This document shows, one piece after another, positions 27,596 to 37,342 of a stretch of 64,000 bases of DNA (position 1 is the first letter of the stretch; the number at the start of each line of letters is the position of its first letter). Both the position numbers and the translations under genes were made by a program. Below the pieces are notes generated by a model. It saw nothing but the letters and a program-made list of their open reading frames with translations, did no database searches and was not told the DNA's origin. The stretch spans positions 3,712,001 through 3,776,000 of the forward strand of contig OZ242195.1 of the NCBI GenBank assembly GCA_965205975.1, written 5' to 3'. The stretch is from Candidatus Latescibacterota bacterium (lineage in GTDB: Bacteria; Latescibacterota; UBA2968).

Positions 27596-28546
27596 TCACC
27601 GCCTCTGCTCTTCATGAAAAAGAAACGAAAGCAAAGTAAAACGACGTCCCCGAATCACTGGCTGGACCTCGTGGAGAAAAGAACTGGAAAACGCGATAGC
27701 ATCGCCTGCTGACGGGCGATAGCGGTGGGGGCCAAACTCGGGAAAAATCAGATGACCGCCTGTATAATCGTCATTGAGATTGAGCGTAAGCGCAAAGCGA
27801 CGGTGGGCAGTTGAAGGACTGAGATTATCGCGGTGGGCGTGAAAAAAACCCCCACTCTCCGCGTCATAACACGCGATCTTAAAGCCCTCAAAACGCGTCG
27901 CCCTGTAGTGGAAAGCGCGTTGTACCTCGGGCATAACCCGGCGCCCCACCGTGGAAGTAAGCAACCGCAAAAGTCGGGCATCGGTAACCTCGTGGTCTCG
28001 CCGCTTTTTGTTTTCGTAGTCAATAACATCGCGCCGAACGCCAGATTTGGAACTTTCAACACCGGTCTCTGTATTGCCCTTTGTCGCCCATACATTGATG
28101 AGCGCCCGACAGATATCCGGAGTCAGAACATTGGGAATGAGGAGCACGGGAGCCTGGACAACGATATCAATAGACCCATGAGAAGGCAGGCTCCTAAACG
28201 CGCGATAAATCTGATCAAACGCATTTGGATCCTCAATCCCAGACAGAACGCGCAGATTGGCATCCAGCGCGAACGCGGCAAAATCTCCCTCGAGACCATA
28301 AGCTTTGCCAACCGCGTTTTCACCGTCGATAAATACGGTAACACTCGCCTTCGCAAGCTCCGATGGGCTAATAACAAAAACATCTACCTCTCCCAAAACC
28401 TCTAAACCTTCTAAAACCTGTTCTTCCCCTGTAAAAATCAAAAGTGTCGGACGACCGCCTGCGCGGGAATAAAAGCGCGTTTGAGGACCGTCTATTGTCG
28501 GAAGGACAAAATCGGGGGCGCGTTCGCCCCGGTTGAGGATACCCAT
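27596..28546 (-). CDS. Redoxin-like domain fused to 2OG-Fe(II) oxygenase
   Basis: GERAPDFVLP N-terminus; HRDN, LNLN.DY.GG.L.F, LHEV.PV.RG.R. Confidence 0.88.
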   Translation of the reverse strand: MGILNRGERAPDFVLPTIDGPQTRFYSRAGGRPTLLIFTGEEQVLEGLEVLGEVDVFVISPSELAKASVTVFIDGENAVGKAYGLEGDFAAFALDANLRVLSGIEDPNAFDQIYRAFRSLPSHGSIDIVVQAPVLLIPNVLTPDICRALINVWATKGNTETGVESSKSGVRRDVIDYENKKRRDHEVTDARLLRLLTSTVGRRVMPEVQRAFHYRATRFEGFKIACYDAESGGFFHAHRDNLSPSTAHRRFALTLNLNDDYTGGHLIFPEFGPHRYRPSAGDAIAFSSSFLHEVQPVIRGRRFTLLSFLFHEEQRR

Positions 28547-28568
28547 AGTGAGCCTCTTAGCGTTTAAC

Positions 28569-30488
28569 ATGAACCATCATTCACGTTGCTCTTACCTATT
28601 CTTCTTCTTCCTCGGATGCCTCGCTCCCGACCCGGGACAGAACATATCCACCCAATCCACATCCAGCACTCAAAAACAAGCACCTCAAACCCGTGCCCCC
28701 CTCAAAATCGACCCCGCCATACTCCAGAACCGCACCTTTAACGAAGCCCCCATGTTCACCGAACAGGTCAACCAGGGCAAACTCCCACCCGTCTCTGAAC
28801 GACTACCCGAAAATCCCCTCATCATTGTTCCCCTTGAAGAAATTGGCATCTACGGCGGTACACTCAGACGCGCCCTTACCGGCGACATCGTACAAACACC
28901 GGGACCCAACAAAACCCTCAACGAAAACCTCATGGGCTATGAACGCCCCTTTCCAAATAGCATCCAACACAACCTGGCCGAGTACTTCACTTATGAGGAC
29001 AGTGGCAAAGTCGCAATTTTCAAAATCCGCAAAGGCGTCAAATGGTCCGACGGCCACCCATTCACCGTTGACGACATCCTCTTCTGGTATTACGACATGA
29101 CCTTTGATGACGACGCCCGTCAAAACCCCTTTCCCCCAGCGGGATGGATGGTAGATGGCAAACCCATGCAGCTCAAAAAAATCGACCCACACACCCTTGA
29201 AATCTCATCACCCAAACCCCTGGGGCGCGTACTCCACGAACTCAGCCGCGCTCTAATCGCCGCGCCAAAACACATCCTGTCTCCCCTGCACCCCAAATAC
29301 AATCCCAAAACCGATTACAACGCCTTTCGCGAAGCCACCACCAGCGCGCAATTGCTCATGCAGCCCGGCATCCCTCGCATCTCTGCCTGGATCCCCGTCG
29401 AATGGATTCGGGGTCAGCGCATTATCTATGAGCGCAACCCCTACTACTGGAAAATAGATACAGCGGGCAATCAACTCCCTTATGCCGACCGCATCATCTT
29501 CAACATCATCCAGGACCCCCAGGTAATCCTGCTAAAATTCATCAACGGCGAACTCGACCTGATCGGACGTTATACCCGCATCGACATGTTCCCCATCCTC
29601 AAAGTAAAAGAGAAAACCGGGAAATTCAATCTCCGAATCACCGGACCCAACAGAGGCCCTGCCTACCACCTCAACTGGGACGCGCCCAACCCCGCCTTGC
29701 GAGAAGCTTTTCGCAACAAAAACGTCCGCATCGCGCTCTCACACGCTGTAAACCGCGAAGAAATTGACGAAATCGTCTTCCACGGCCTCCTCGATCCCTC
29801 GGGCTATTCCTTCGGGCCTATAAGCCCCTATTTTTCTCCAAAAGCCTATAAAAAATACGCCGAATACGACCCCGACAAAGCCGGACATCTTCTCGACCTC
29901 GAAGGCTATATCGACACCGATGGCGATGGCATCCGCGAACTTCGGGATGGCTCGCGCTTTGAACTCACCATCGACTTCGTGCACCCCGGCGGCATGTTCA
30001 ACGGCCAACCCGTCTCTGAACTGGTTGCCGACCACTGGCGAGCCGTAGGGATCAAAGTCAACCTCAACGGCGGCCTGCGCGACATCATTGTCCCTCGCCG
30101 CTACAACTGCGAATACGATGTTCACTACTGGGGCCTCGAAGGACCCAACGCCCCCTTAACCTATCCCATTGGCTGGGCTATCCTGGCTAAAAACGTACCC
30201 TACTGGCATCAAAAAGCCTATGACGAAGGACCCCCCTGGCTACGCGAAGCCACCCAATACGTCCGCCTGGCCATGACCACCGTCGATACTGCAAAACTCC
30301 GCACATACATGACCCGTGTGCGCGACCTCCACACGGAAAACGTCCCCATCATCACCATCGGTTCTGCGTACCACGTCTGGGGTGCCAGCAGTCGCCTGGG
30401 CAATATCCCTTATGAAAACGTGGCCGACAACGCCTTTCTGGGCTGGAGCCGGCCGGTGTTTCACGAGCAGATATTTGTGAAAAAATGA
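28569..30488 (+). CDS. ABC transporter substrate-binding lipoprotein (family 5)
   Basis: LGC lipobox; LPPV.ERLP.NP, YGGTL, KWSDGHPFTVDD, ERNPYYWK.D..GNQLPY.D. Confidence 0.93.
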   Translation: MNHHSRCSYLFFFFLGCLAPDPGQNISTQSTSSTQKQAPQTRAPLKIDPAILQNRTFNEAPMFTEQVNQGKLPPVSERLPENPLIIVPLEEIGIYGGTLRRALTGDIVQTPGPNKTLNENLMGYERPFPNSIQHNLAEYFTYEDSGKVAIFKIRKGVKWSDGHPFTVDDILFWYYDMTFDDDARQNPFPPAGWMVDGKPMQLKKIDPHTLEISSPKPLGRVLHELSRALIAAPKHILSPLHPKYNPKTDYNAFREATTSAQLLMQPGIPRISAWIPVEWIRGQRIIYERNPYYWKIDTAGNQLPYADRIIFNIIQDPQVILLKFINGELDLIGRYTRIDMFPILKVKEKTGKFNLRITGPNRGPAYHLNWDAPNPALREAFRNKNVRIALSHAVNREEIDEIVFHGLLDPSGYSFGPISPYFSPKAYKKYAEYDPDKAGHLLDLEGYIDTDGDGIRELRDGSRFELTIDFVHPGGMFNGQPVSELVADHWRAVGIKVNLNGGLRDIIVPRRYNCEYDVHYWGLEGPNAPLTYPIGWAILAKNVPYWHQKAYDEGPPWLREATQYVRLAMTTVDTAKLRTYMTRVRDLHTENVPIITIGSAYHVWGASSRLGNIPYENVADNAFLGWSRPVFHEQIFVKK

Positions 30489-30494
30489 TACACG

Positions 30495-30519
30495 GGGCGG
30501 CACGGGGGCCGTCCCCTAC
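30495..30519 (-). repeat. GTAG-type REP
   Basis: gggcggc..gccgtcccctac; overlaps the stop codon of 30516-31340. Confidence 0.8.
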
Positions 30520-31340
30520 GAAAAAAAAGACCTCAGAAAATTCGCAGACCGGATCGCGGCTTCATCGGGTGGCAGATCGCCGCCAAAGGCGTGATGCAGC
30601 GTCACGTAGCCTTGGTAATCGATGCTGTGCAACCCATCAAAAACTTCTTGAAAATCTATGCCGCCAGATTCATCGAGAGGTCGCAAAGTGGAATAAACCG
30701 TACCGCGCACCCATGTAGTCATAGGCATATCCCCATTGGGATCCGGGACGTGATTTTGCAAATAGACATTAAAAAGATAGGGTGCAAAGCGTTTGAGGGT
30801 ATCGGAACCGTAGCCTTCCCCACACAGAGCCAAATTCGCCGGCTCGTAAATAATGCCAAAATTTGGTCGGTCAATACTTTGAAGTGTCTCGATAGACCCC
30901 GTCACGGTTTCAAAAAGGCTCTGGGTGTGCGATTGATGTGCCAGACGTATATCTCGCTCGGCTGCCTCATCGGCTGCGCGCTGGGCATACACAATATCTG
31001 CATCAATCTTGATACAGACGCGCAGTAAATTGCAGCCAAGTGCGTCTGCCAGATCGAGATGCGGGGTAATATTGCGCAAACTCTCCGGTCCGTTGGGGCC
31101 ATTCTCGGGTATCGCAAAATCGCCGGTTGCCATTGAAACCGCGAGCTTGTGTCTCTTTAAAATACGTTGCACTTCAACAATGCGTTCGGGCGGGCTATGC
31201 GTACCCACGCCCGATGCACGCATGCAAAGTGCTTCATAACCTGCGCTTTGGGCAATTTCCGCGAGATCGGGCAGGGCAATTGTCAAATTGCGTTTATTGC
31301 GAAAGCTTTCTGCCACGCGGACTGAAAGAGAAAGTTGCAT
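30516..31340 (-). CDS. Sugar phosphate isomerase/epimerase (AP endonuclease 2 fold), atypical metal ligands
   Basis: AGYEAL, ADALG..LLRV, PNFGIIYEPAN, IDF..V...L..IDYQGYVT. Confidence 0.8.
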   Translation of the reverse strand: MQLSLSVRVAESFRNKRNLTIALPDLAEIAQSAGYEALCMRASGVGTHSPPERIVEVQRILKRHKLAVSMATGDFAIPENGPNGPESLRNITPHLDLADALGCNLLRVCIKIDADIVYAQRAADEAAERDIRLAHQSHTQSLFETVTGSIETLQSIDRPNFGIIYEPANLALCGEGYGSDTLKRFAPYLFNVYLQNHVPDPNGDMPMTTWVRGTVYSTLRPLDESGGIDFQEVFDGLHSIDYQGYVTLHHAFGGDLPPDEAAIRSANFLRSFFS

Positions 31341-31453
31341 CGCAATCTCCAAACGAGTACGAGGTGAAAATTTCAACTTGCATCAGATGAATTTTTAACT
31401 ATTCTTACCCTTATCACATATTTTTCCTTGCCGCTGCGATGGAAGGTAATATC

Positions 31454-32110
31454 ATGATTGAAATGCAGGTTGTAGATTTGCGTCAAGAGCATTCAAACCA
31501 GAACGTGGTATGGCTGCAAAGCGTTGAGGGCAGTGTAATGGTGCCCATTGAAATTGGACATACCGAATATCGGTCTATTCAGGTAGAACTGGCAGGTGAA
31601 TCCATGCCGCGACCTCTTGCTTATGATTTGATGTGTGCAGTGTTGGCACATTTTGATGCCGAAATTGAACAGGTGCAGATTGTCGAATTGAAAGATCAGA
31701 TTTTCTACGCCGAACTCATCCTCTTTGCTCGGGGTGAACAAGTGCGTTTAGACGCCCGCCCCAGTGATAGTATCGTGCTGGCACTCAAATTTGGCGCACC
31801 CATCTACATGGATCCCAAAATTATTCAACAAGTGGGATTCAAAGTCCGCCGCACCGAATACGGTTATGAACTTGAGCAATTGAATCCACCCCAGGAACAA
31901 GACATTCTTGAAGAACCTATTCTGGACATCGCGCAGACAGCCGATCAACCACTGGAAGGAGTTGATTTTCAGGGACAGGATATCGATCCAGATGAACTGC
32001 TAAAAATTTTGAAAGAGCAGATGAACAAAGCGATTAAAGAAGAGCGGTATGAAGATGCGGGAATAATTCGAGATGAAATTGAGCGGATAGAAGAGAAAAG
32101 TGAGATGTAG
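31454..32110 (+). CDS. Bifunctional nuclease (DUF151) with C-terminal UVR motif
   Basis: VPIEIG..E, PRPL, FYAEL, DARPSDSI.LA; AI.EERYEDA..IRDEI. Confidence 0.93.
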   Translation: MIEMQVVDLRQEHSNQNVVWLQSVEGSVMVPIEIGHTEYRSIQVELAGESMPRPLAYDLMCAVLAHFDAEIEQVQIVELKDQIFYAELILFARGEQVRLDARPSDSIVLALKFGAPIYMDPKIIQQVGFKVRRTEYGYELEQLNPPQEQDILEEPILDIAQTADQPLEGVDFQGQDIDPDELLKILKEQMNKAIKEERYEDAGIIRDEIERIEEKSEM

Positions 32111-32169
32111 GGGCGAGGCATGCCTCGCCCGCCAATTTCCCGTAGGGGCGACCCCCTGTGGTCGCCCGC
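32107..32169 (+). repeat. Two tandem GTAG-type REPs
   Basis: 32107-32130 gtaggggcgaggcatgcctcgccc; 32142-32169 identical to 2283-2310. Confidence 0.88.
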
Positions 32170-32193
32170 GCTCGGGTAGGGTGGTCATCTCAT

Positions 32194-32958
32194 TTAAACA
32201 GGCAGCAACACGGTGCTATGCGCCTCGACATGACCGATGTTCTCGTCAATTTCGCCGCAGTTCATCATCCCAACAGTAATGGCGTCAATTGCTGGAATAT
32301 CGAGAACGTAGTGGATGGCATCGCGTGCGGGCAAGTCGCCGCGGCCCACGACTTTCATCCCATAAACACCGATATCATTGGCATCCATCTCTTCCAGAAT
32401 GGGAACGACGCGCTCGGGCGGACCATCCATATTCTTCCCGGCGTAATTGATCCGCGCCAAAACAACATCGACCCATGGGGTAATAGCTGCTTGCTCGAAG
32501 GCATCGATATCGTGACAGGAAACACCATGTGCGCGAATGATGCCTTTTTGCTTTTTATTGGCGAGAACATCCATAACGCCTCGATAGGAACTGGGCCAGT
32601 CTTCATCTGTCAGACAGTGCATAAGCACGATATCGATATAATCCGTATCTAACTCGCCCAAAATGCGATCCATATCGCACTCCGCCTCCTGTGCTGTTGT
32701 CGCGCGGATTTTGGATGTAATCACAACCCGATCGCGATCAATATGCTCCAATGCACCTGCGAGATGGGCATGACTCCCATATTGATCGGCACTATCCCAA
32801 AACGTGATACCCCGTTCAAAGCCATAGATGAGCAAATCAGTAAGTGCGCGCGTCCCCAGATCCGTCTGGTTGGAACGCCCGCCCCAGCCATTGGTACCAG
32901 TACCAAAACTGAGTTGCGAGACCAGTATGCCAGTGGTGCCGAGTTCGACGGTTTTCAC
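32194..32958 (-). CDS. Aldo/keto reductase
   Basis: LGTTG..VS.L.FG, DSADQYG, ITSK, DYIDIVLMH, G.IRA.GVS. Confidence 0.92.
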   Translation of the reverse strand: MKTVELGTTGILVSQLSFGTGTNGWGGRSNQTDLGTRALTDLLIYGFERGITFWDSADQYGSHAHLAGALEHIDRDRVVITSKIRATTAQEAECDMDRILGELDTDYIDIVLMHCLTDEDWPSSYRGVMDVLANKKQKGIIRAHGVSCHDIDAFEQAAITPWVDVVLARINYAGKNMDGPPERVVPILEEMDANDIGVYGMKVVGRGDLPARDAIHYVLDIPAIDAITVGMMNCGEIDENIGHVEAHSTVLLPV

Positions 32959-33079
32959 GGTAAACTCCTTTCTTTCTTCTGTATTTTTTATCCCAATTTT
33001 TCAGTATATTAAAGCACAGTTTTACATCCGTCAATGGATTTTAGCCCTCTCCCTTGAGGGAGAAAGGAATATCACCACC

Positions 33080-34120
33080 ATGAGATTGGGGCTAATTGGA
33101 TTGCCGCAGGTGGGTAAAAAAACGCTATTCCGCTTGCTAATCGGGCACACAGGTGAAATGGGACAGGCAAAAGTGCGGGATGAGCGGTTTGACCGGCTGG
33201 TGGAAATGTACAAACCCGAACGCGAAGTACCTGCGGAAATAGCATTTGTGCTATTGCCCGACCTGGACACACAGGCAGATCGCAACATATCTGTTTTTCA
33301 AGACCTCGAGCGAGTAGATGTAATCTGCTTCCTCGCCCGAGTATTTGAAAACGACACCGTCTTTCACATTGCGGGCGATATAAATCCCAAACGCGATATA
33401 CGAACTTTTTGGGAAGAATTATTGCTCGCCGACCTGATCTTTGTAGAAAAGCGACTGGAGCGAATAGCACAAGACCGGCACACAAAAGACAGGCTGCGAA
33501 TAGAGCAAGAAAAGGACTTAATGACGCGAATGCAGGCGCACCTGGAAGCCGGAAAACCCCTGCGACAATTTGCACTTACCTCCGATGAGGTAAAACTGAC
33601 ATCCAGCTATCCCTTCTTAACCACCAAAGCCGTAATCGTAGTCCTGAACACGGACGAAGATCAAATCGGCGACGATGCGATCATACATGAAATAGCCGCT
33701 GAATTTACCGACTGTGATTTTGAATGGATCGCAATATCCGCTCAAATTGAAGAAGAAATCTCCCTGCTCGACGACGAGACACGCGAAGAATTTCTCGCCG
33801 ATCTCAGTATTGAACAACCCGCACTGGATCGGTTGACCCTGTTGTGTTATGAAACTCTCGGATTGATTTCATTCTTCACAGTAGTCAACGACGAAGTACA
33901 CGCCTGGACCATCCCGAGAGGCACCCTATCACCGCAGGCGGGCGGCGCGGTCCACGGCGACATCGAACGGGGATTCATCCGGGCTGAAGTCATCCGCTAC
34001 GAAGACTTAATCGCACTGGGAGACGAGCAAAAAGTAAAAGCAGCGGGCAAGCTCATGGTCAAAGGGAAAGACGCAGAGATTTTTGATGGCGATGTAATAC
34101 ACTTCTTGTTTAAAGTTTGA
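33080..34120 (+). CDS. YchF/Ola1-like ATPase with degenerate G2/G3
   Basis: GLPQVGKKT P-loop; C-terminal LGLISFFT, AWTI, G.VH.D.ERGFIRAEV, DGDVIHF.F.V (DUF933). Confidence 0.9.
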   Translation: MRLGLIGLPQVGKKTLFRLLIGHTGEMGQAKVRDERFDRLVEMYKPEREVPAEIAFVLLPDLDTQADRNISVFQDLERVDVICFLARVFENDTVFHIAGDINPKRDIRTFWEELLLADLIFVEKRLERIAQDRHTKDRLRIEQEKDLMTRMQAHLEAGKPLRQFALTSDEVKLTSSYPFLTTKAVIVVLNTDEDQIGDDAIIHEIAAEFTDCDFEWIAISAQIEEEISLLDDETREEFLADLSIEQPALDRLTLLCYETLGLISFFTVVNDEVHAWTIPRGTLSPQAGGAVHGDIERGFIRAEVIRYEDLIALGDEQKVKAAGKLMVKGKDAEIFDGDVIHFLFKV

Positions 34121-34140
34121 GATTGGCCCTGTTATTTTCC

Positions 34141-34169
34141 TTTACATACAGAGCCTTTTTGCATATTAT
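34141..34169 (+). promoter_or_regulatory. Sigma70-type promoter
   Basis: TTTACA-N17-TATTAT upstream of 34207. Confidence 0.55.
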
Positions 34170-34206
34170 TCCACGCTCTACAAACACCACAACAGGAGAT
34201 CGCATA

Positions 34207-34491
34207 ATGGCCGCCAAAATCTCGGAAATATTCACCGAATACGAAGAAGCGAACAAAGACCTGGAGCCTACGACCAGTAAGTTTGATACCGAACAAGAAA
34301 TCCCGGTAGAAAAGCATTGCTGCATCACGGGCGAAGCGGTAAAATCGAGCTTTTGTCGTTATCCCGACGAAAAAGAAGACACCATGATGGTCATGTCAAA
34401 AGAGCAGATGCTATTGCACTCCCGCAATGGTGGCAATATTTCAGAAATATTTAAACAAGTACTGGCACTTCGCAGAAAACGGGAACAGTAG
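34207..34491 (+). CDS. Small hypothetical protein (94 aa)
   Basis: AGGAG RBS, own promoter-like motif, fills the intergenic gap. Confidence 0.75.
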   Translation: MAAKISEIFTEYEEANKDLEPTTSKFDTEQEIPVEKHCCITGEAVKSSFCRYPDEKEDTMMVMSKEQMLLHSRNGGNISEIFKQVLALRRKREQ

Positions 34492-34535
34492 GCGACCACC
34501 CATCGCGGTTTCTATCCCTCCACCCCTTTCGAGAA

Positions 34536-35420
34536 ATGCGCGTGCAAGACGGCGTCTTGAAATACGGATTTGTGGGTCCGGCACTGATCTTTCTGATCGC
34601 GTTCAACATCTTTCCCCTCTTTTACAACATCTACCTCAGCTTCACCGATGCCGAACTCAGTGGCGGTGCTACACAGCTCATAGGTGGACGCAACTATGGC
34701 ATCATCTTTGACGACACGCGCTATGGCACGGCCCTTCGCACAACCGGACTATTCGTAGTCCTGGCAGTCGCGACTGAACTCATTCTCGGCTTTGCCCTTG
34801 CCCTCGCCCTTCAAAAACCCTTCTGGGGCAAACCCGCCATCACCACCATTCTCCTGGTGCCCATGATGCTATCCCCCGCAGTCATGGGCCTGTACTGGAA
34901 CTTTATTCTCAATGGTCACTACGGCGTCGTCAATCAAGCACTATCCGTCTTTGGCCTCTTTCAACCGCAATGGCTAACCGACCCCGACTTAAAACTCTTC
35001 TCCATCCTGATGATCGACATCTGGATGTGGACACCATTTATGATGCTCATCGCACTCGCTGGTCTCAACGCCATACCCAATCACCTCTACGAAGCCGCGG
35101 CCATTGATCGAGCATCCCGTTGGACCGTCTTTCGGCGCATCACCCTTCCCCTGTGCTCACCCCTCCTCTTTCTTGCAGTCCTGCTGCGCACCACAGATGC
35201 CCTCAAACAATTTGACCTCGTCATGGCAGTCACGGGTCCCAATGATCGCGCGACCCAAACATTGAGTGCCCTCCTCTATCAGGTCATGTTTCGCGGCTAC
35301 AAAATTGGGCTGGGCAGCTCTTATAGTATCGTCATTCTTCTCATCGTCATCGCGCTCGCAAGTATCTTTATCCGATACATCGCTGGCATCCAGGCAAAAC
35401 AGGGAAGGGAAACCGCGTGA
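34536..35420 (+). CDS. Sugar ABC transporter permease
   Basis: TM helices, W.WTPF, LYEAAAID EAA loop. Confidence 0.95.
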   Translation: MRVQDGVLKYGFVGPALIFLIAFNIFPLFYNIYLSFTDAELSGGATQLIGGRNYGIIFDDTRYGTALRTTGLFVVLAVATELILGFALALALQKPFWGKPAITTILLVPMMLSPAVMGLYWNFILNGHYGVVNQALSVFGLFQPQWLTDPDLKLFSILMIDIWMWTPFMMLIALAGLNAIPNHLYEAAAIDRASRWTVFRRITLPLCSPLLFLAVLLRTTDALKQFDLVMAVTGPNDRATQTLSALLYQVMFRGYKIGLGSSYSIVILLIVIALASIFIRYIAGIQAKQGRETA

Positions 35421-36280
35421 AATATTTGAGATGGCTCGTCATCATTCCGTATTTTTGTCTGGCCACACTTCCCCTGTGCTGGCTATTTCTAACCTCCCTG
35501 AAAACCCAGGAAGCGGCGATCAGTTCCACAGCCTCTCTTATACCATCCACCGCAGAAAACATCGCCCCCGGAAACCTGACCTTCTCGGCCACATTGGACG
35601 CCTATCGAAAACTGGCAACACCACATACGGGCAAAGCACACGCATTTTTTCACTACCTCTTCAACAGCGTCATCATCGGCCTGCTCAGCACCCTGACATC
35701 GGTCGTCCTCGGAACGGGTTGCGCGTATGGATTTAGCCGATTTCGCATAGCAGGTGCGCGGGACTGGCTATTCTTCATCCTTTCGACCCGCTTCCTGCCC
35801 CCGCTTGCCGTCGTAGTCCCCGTATTGATGATGTACCGCGTCTTTAACCTGCCCAATACACACCTGGGCCTTATCCTACTCTACACGGCATTTAACCTCT
35901 CGCTCGCGGTCTGGCTCATGAAGGGATTCATAGACGAAATCCCCCGGGCGTATGAAGAGGCCGCGCTCGTCGATGGATACAGCCCATTTCAAGCATTTTA
36001 CAAAATCATCTTACCCCACTCTACAACCGGCATGGCTGTTACCGCCGTCTTCTGCCTCATATCCGCCTGGAACGAATACGGCTTTGCGCTCGCGCTCAAC
36101 AACGCCGAAGCCGTCACCGTACCCGTCTATTTCGCCGGACTTCAGGGCAACATCCAGGGCATCCCCTGGCCGCAGATTGCCGCGGGCGTCCTCATTTTTG
36201 TCGTGCCAATTGCAGTCTTCACAGTACTCGTCCGCAACCATCTGCTGCGGGGCGTGACATTTGGAACGATTAAACAGTGA
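35417..36280 (+). CDS. Carbohydrate ABC transporter permease
   Basis: EEAALVDG EAA loop, AWNEY. Confidence 0.95.
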   Translation: MKYLRWLVIIPYFCLATLPLCWLFLTSLKTQEAAISSTASLIPSTAENIAPGNLTFSATLDAYRKLATPHTGKAHAFFHYLFNSVIIGLLSTLTSVVLGTGCAYGFSRFRIAGARDWLFFILSTRFLPPLAVVVPVLMMYRVFNLPNTHLGLILLYTAFNLSLAVWLMKGFIDEIPRAYEEAALVDGYSPFQAFYKIILPHSTTGMAVTAVFCLISAWNEYGFALALNNAEAVTVPVYFAGLQGNIQGIPWPQIAAGVLIFVVPIAVFTVLVRNHLLRGVTFGTIKQ

Positions 36281-36283
36281 CCC

Positions 36284-37342
36284 ATGCCATTTCTCGAACT
36301 TCAAAATCTCCAAAAAACCTATCCCGACGGCACGCGGGCAGTCAGGGGTATTGACCTGCAAATTGACAAAGGGGAATTTATCGTCCTCCTGGGACCCTCG
36401 GGATGTGGAAAAACAACCACATTGCGGATGATCGCGGGACTGGAGGACCCAACCGGCGGACAGATCACACTCGACAACCAGAACGTCACACACCTGCCGC
36501 CATCTCAGCGCGACATAGGATTTGTCTTCCAGTTTTACGCCCTCTACCCGCACATGACCGTCCAAAAAAACATCGCCTTTCCACTTGAAAACATCGGCAC
36601 ATCCCCCGCAGATACCGAAGCGGCGATAGACCGCGTAGCGCACGCCCTGAGTATCGAAACATTGCTCAACCAATACCCCAGACAACTCTCAGGCGGTGAT
36701 CAACAGCGCGTCTCTCTCGCCCGTGCAATGGTGCGCACACCGGATATCTATCTCATGGACGAACCCCTGGGCACACTCGACGCAGAACATCGGTTAGAAC
36801 TCAGAGCATTTATACGCCGTCAACAACTATCACTCTCCATAACAGCTATTTACGTCACACACGACCAGGAAGAAGCCCTGAGCCTGGCGGATCGCATTGT
36901 CGTCATGGACGGCGGCAAAATCAGACAAATCGGGACCCCATCAGAAATCTACAACCATCCCGCAGACCTCTTTGTCGCGAACTTTGTCGGCAGCCCGGGC
37001 ATGAATCTATTAAGCGGACAAATTGTGCAACGCGAGAACGGACTGTCCTTTACCCGTCCGGATACAGACATGCACATCCCCATTCGCGCGAACATCGCAC
37101 CCGCGCAAGTCGTCTTCGGCATACGCCCGGAATTTATCCACCCCGTCAACCGGGGCATACCTGGCAAAGTCATCCTCAGCGAATACCTCGGCAGCCACGG
37201 TTACGTACACGTAGATACGCCAATAGGCGAACTAATCATGCGTTCAACCGACTGCTTCGCCATCGGAGAAACAATCCACCTGCACCTGAATGAAGAACAT
37301 ATTCGCCTATTCGATCCAGACACGGAAACAGCCCTCACATGA
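36284..37342 (+). CDS. Sugar ABC transporter ATP-binding protein
   Basis: GPSGCGKTT, LSGG, MDEP, YVTHDQ, TOBE tail. Confidence 0.96.
   Translation: MPFLELQNLQKTYPDGTRAVRGIDLQIDKGEFIVLLGPSGCGKTTTLRMIAGLEDPTGGQITLDNQNVTHLPPSQRDIGFVFQFYALYPHMTVQKNIAFPLENIGTSPADTEAAIDRVAHALSIETLLNQYPRQLSGGDQQRVSLARAMVRTPDIYLMDEPLGTLDAEHRLELRAFIRRQQLSLSITAIYVTHDQEEALSLADRIVVMDGGKIRQIGTPSEIYNHPADLFVANFVGSPGMNLLSGQIVQRENGLSFTRPDTDMHIPIRANIAPAQVVFGIRPEFIHPVNRGIPGKVILSEYLGSHGYVHVDTPIGELIMRSTDCFAIGETIHLHLNEEHIRLFDPDTETALT

Noticed and set aside
32096..32110. Two unrelated genes both ending KSEM (aaaagtgagatgt at about 32096 and on the minus strand at about 62015-62027)
   Set aside because: Only 13 nt, followed by different repeat families; probably chance
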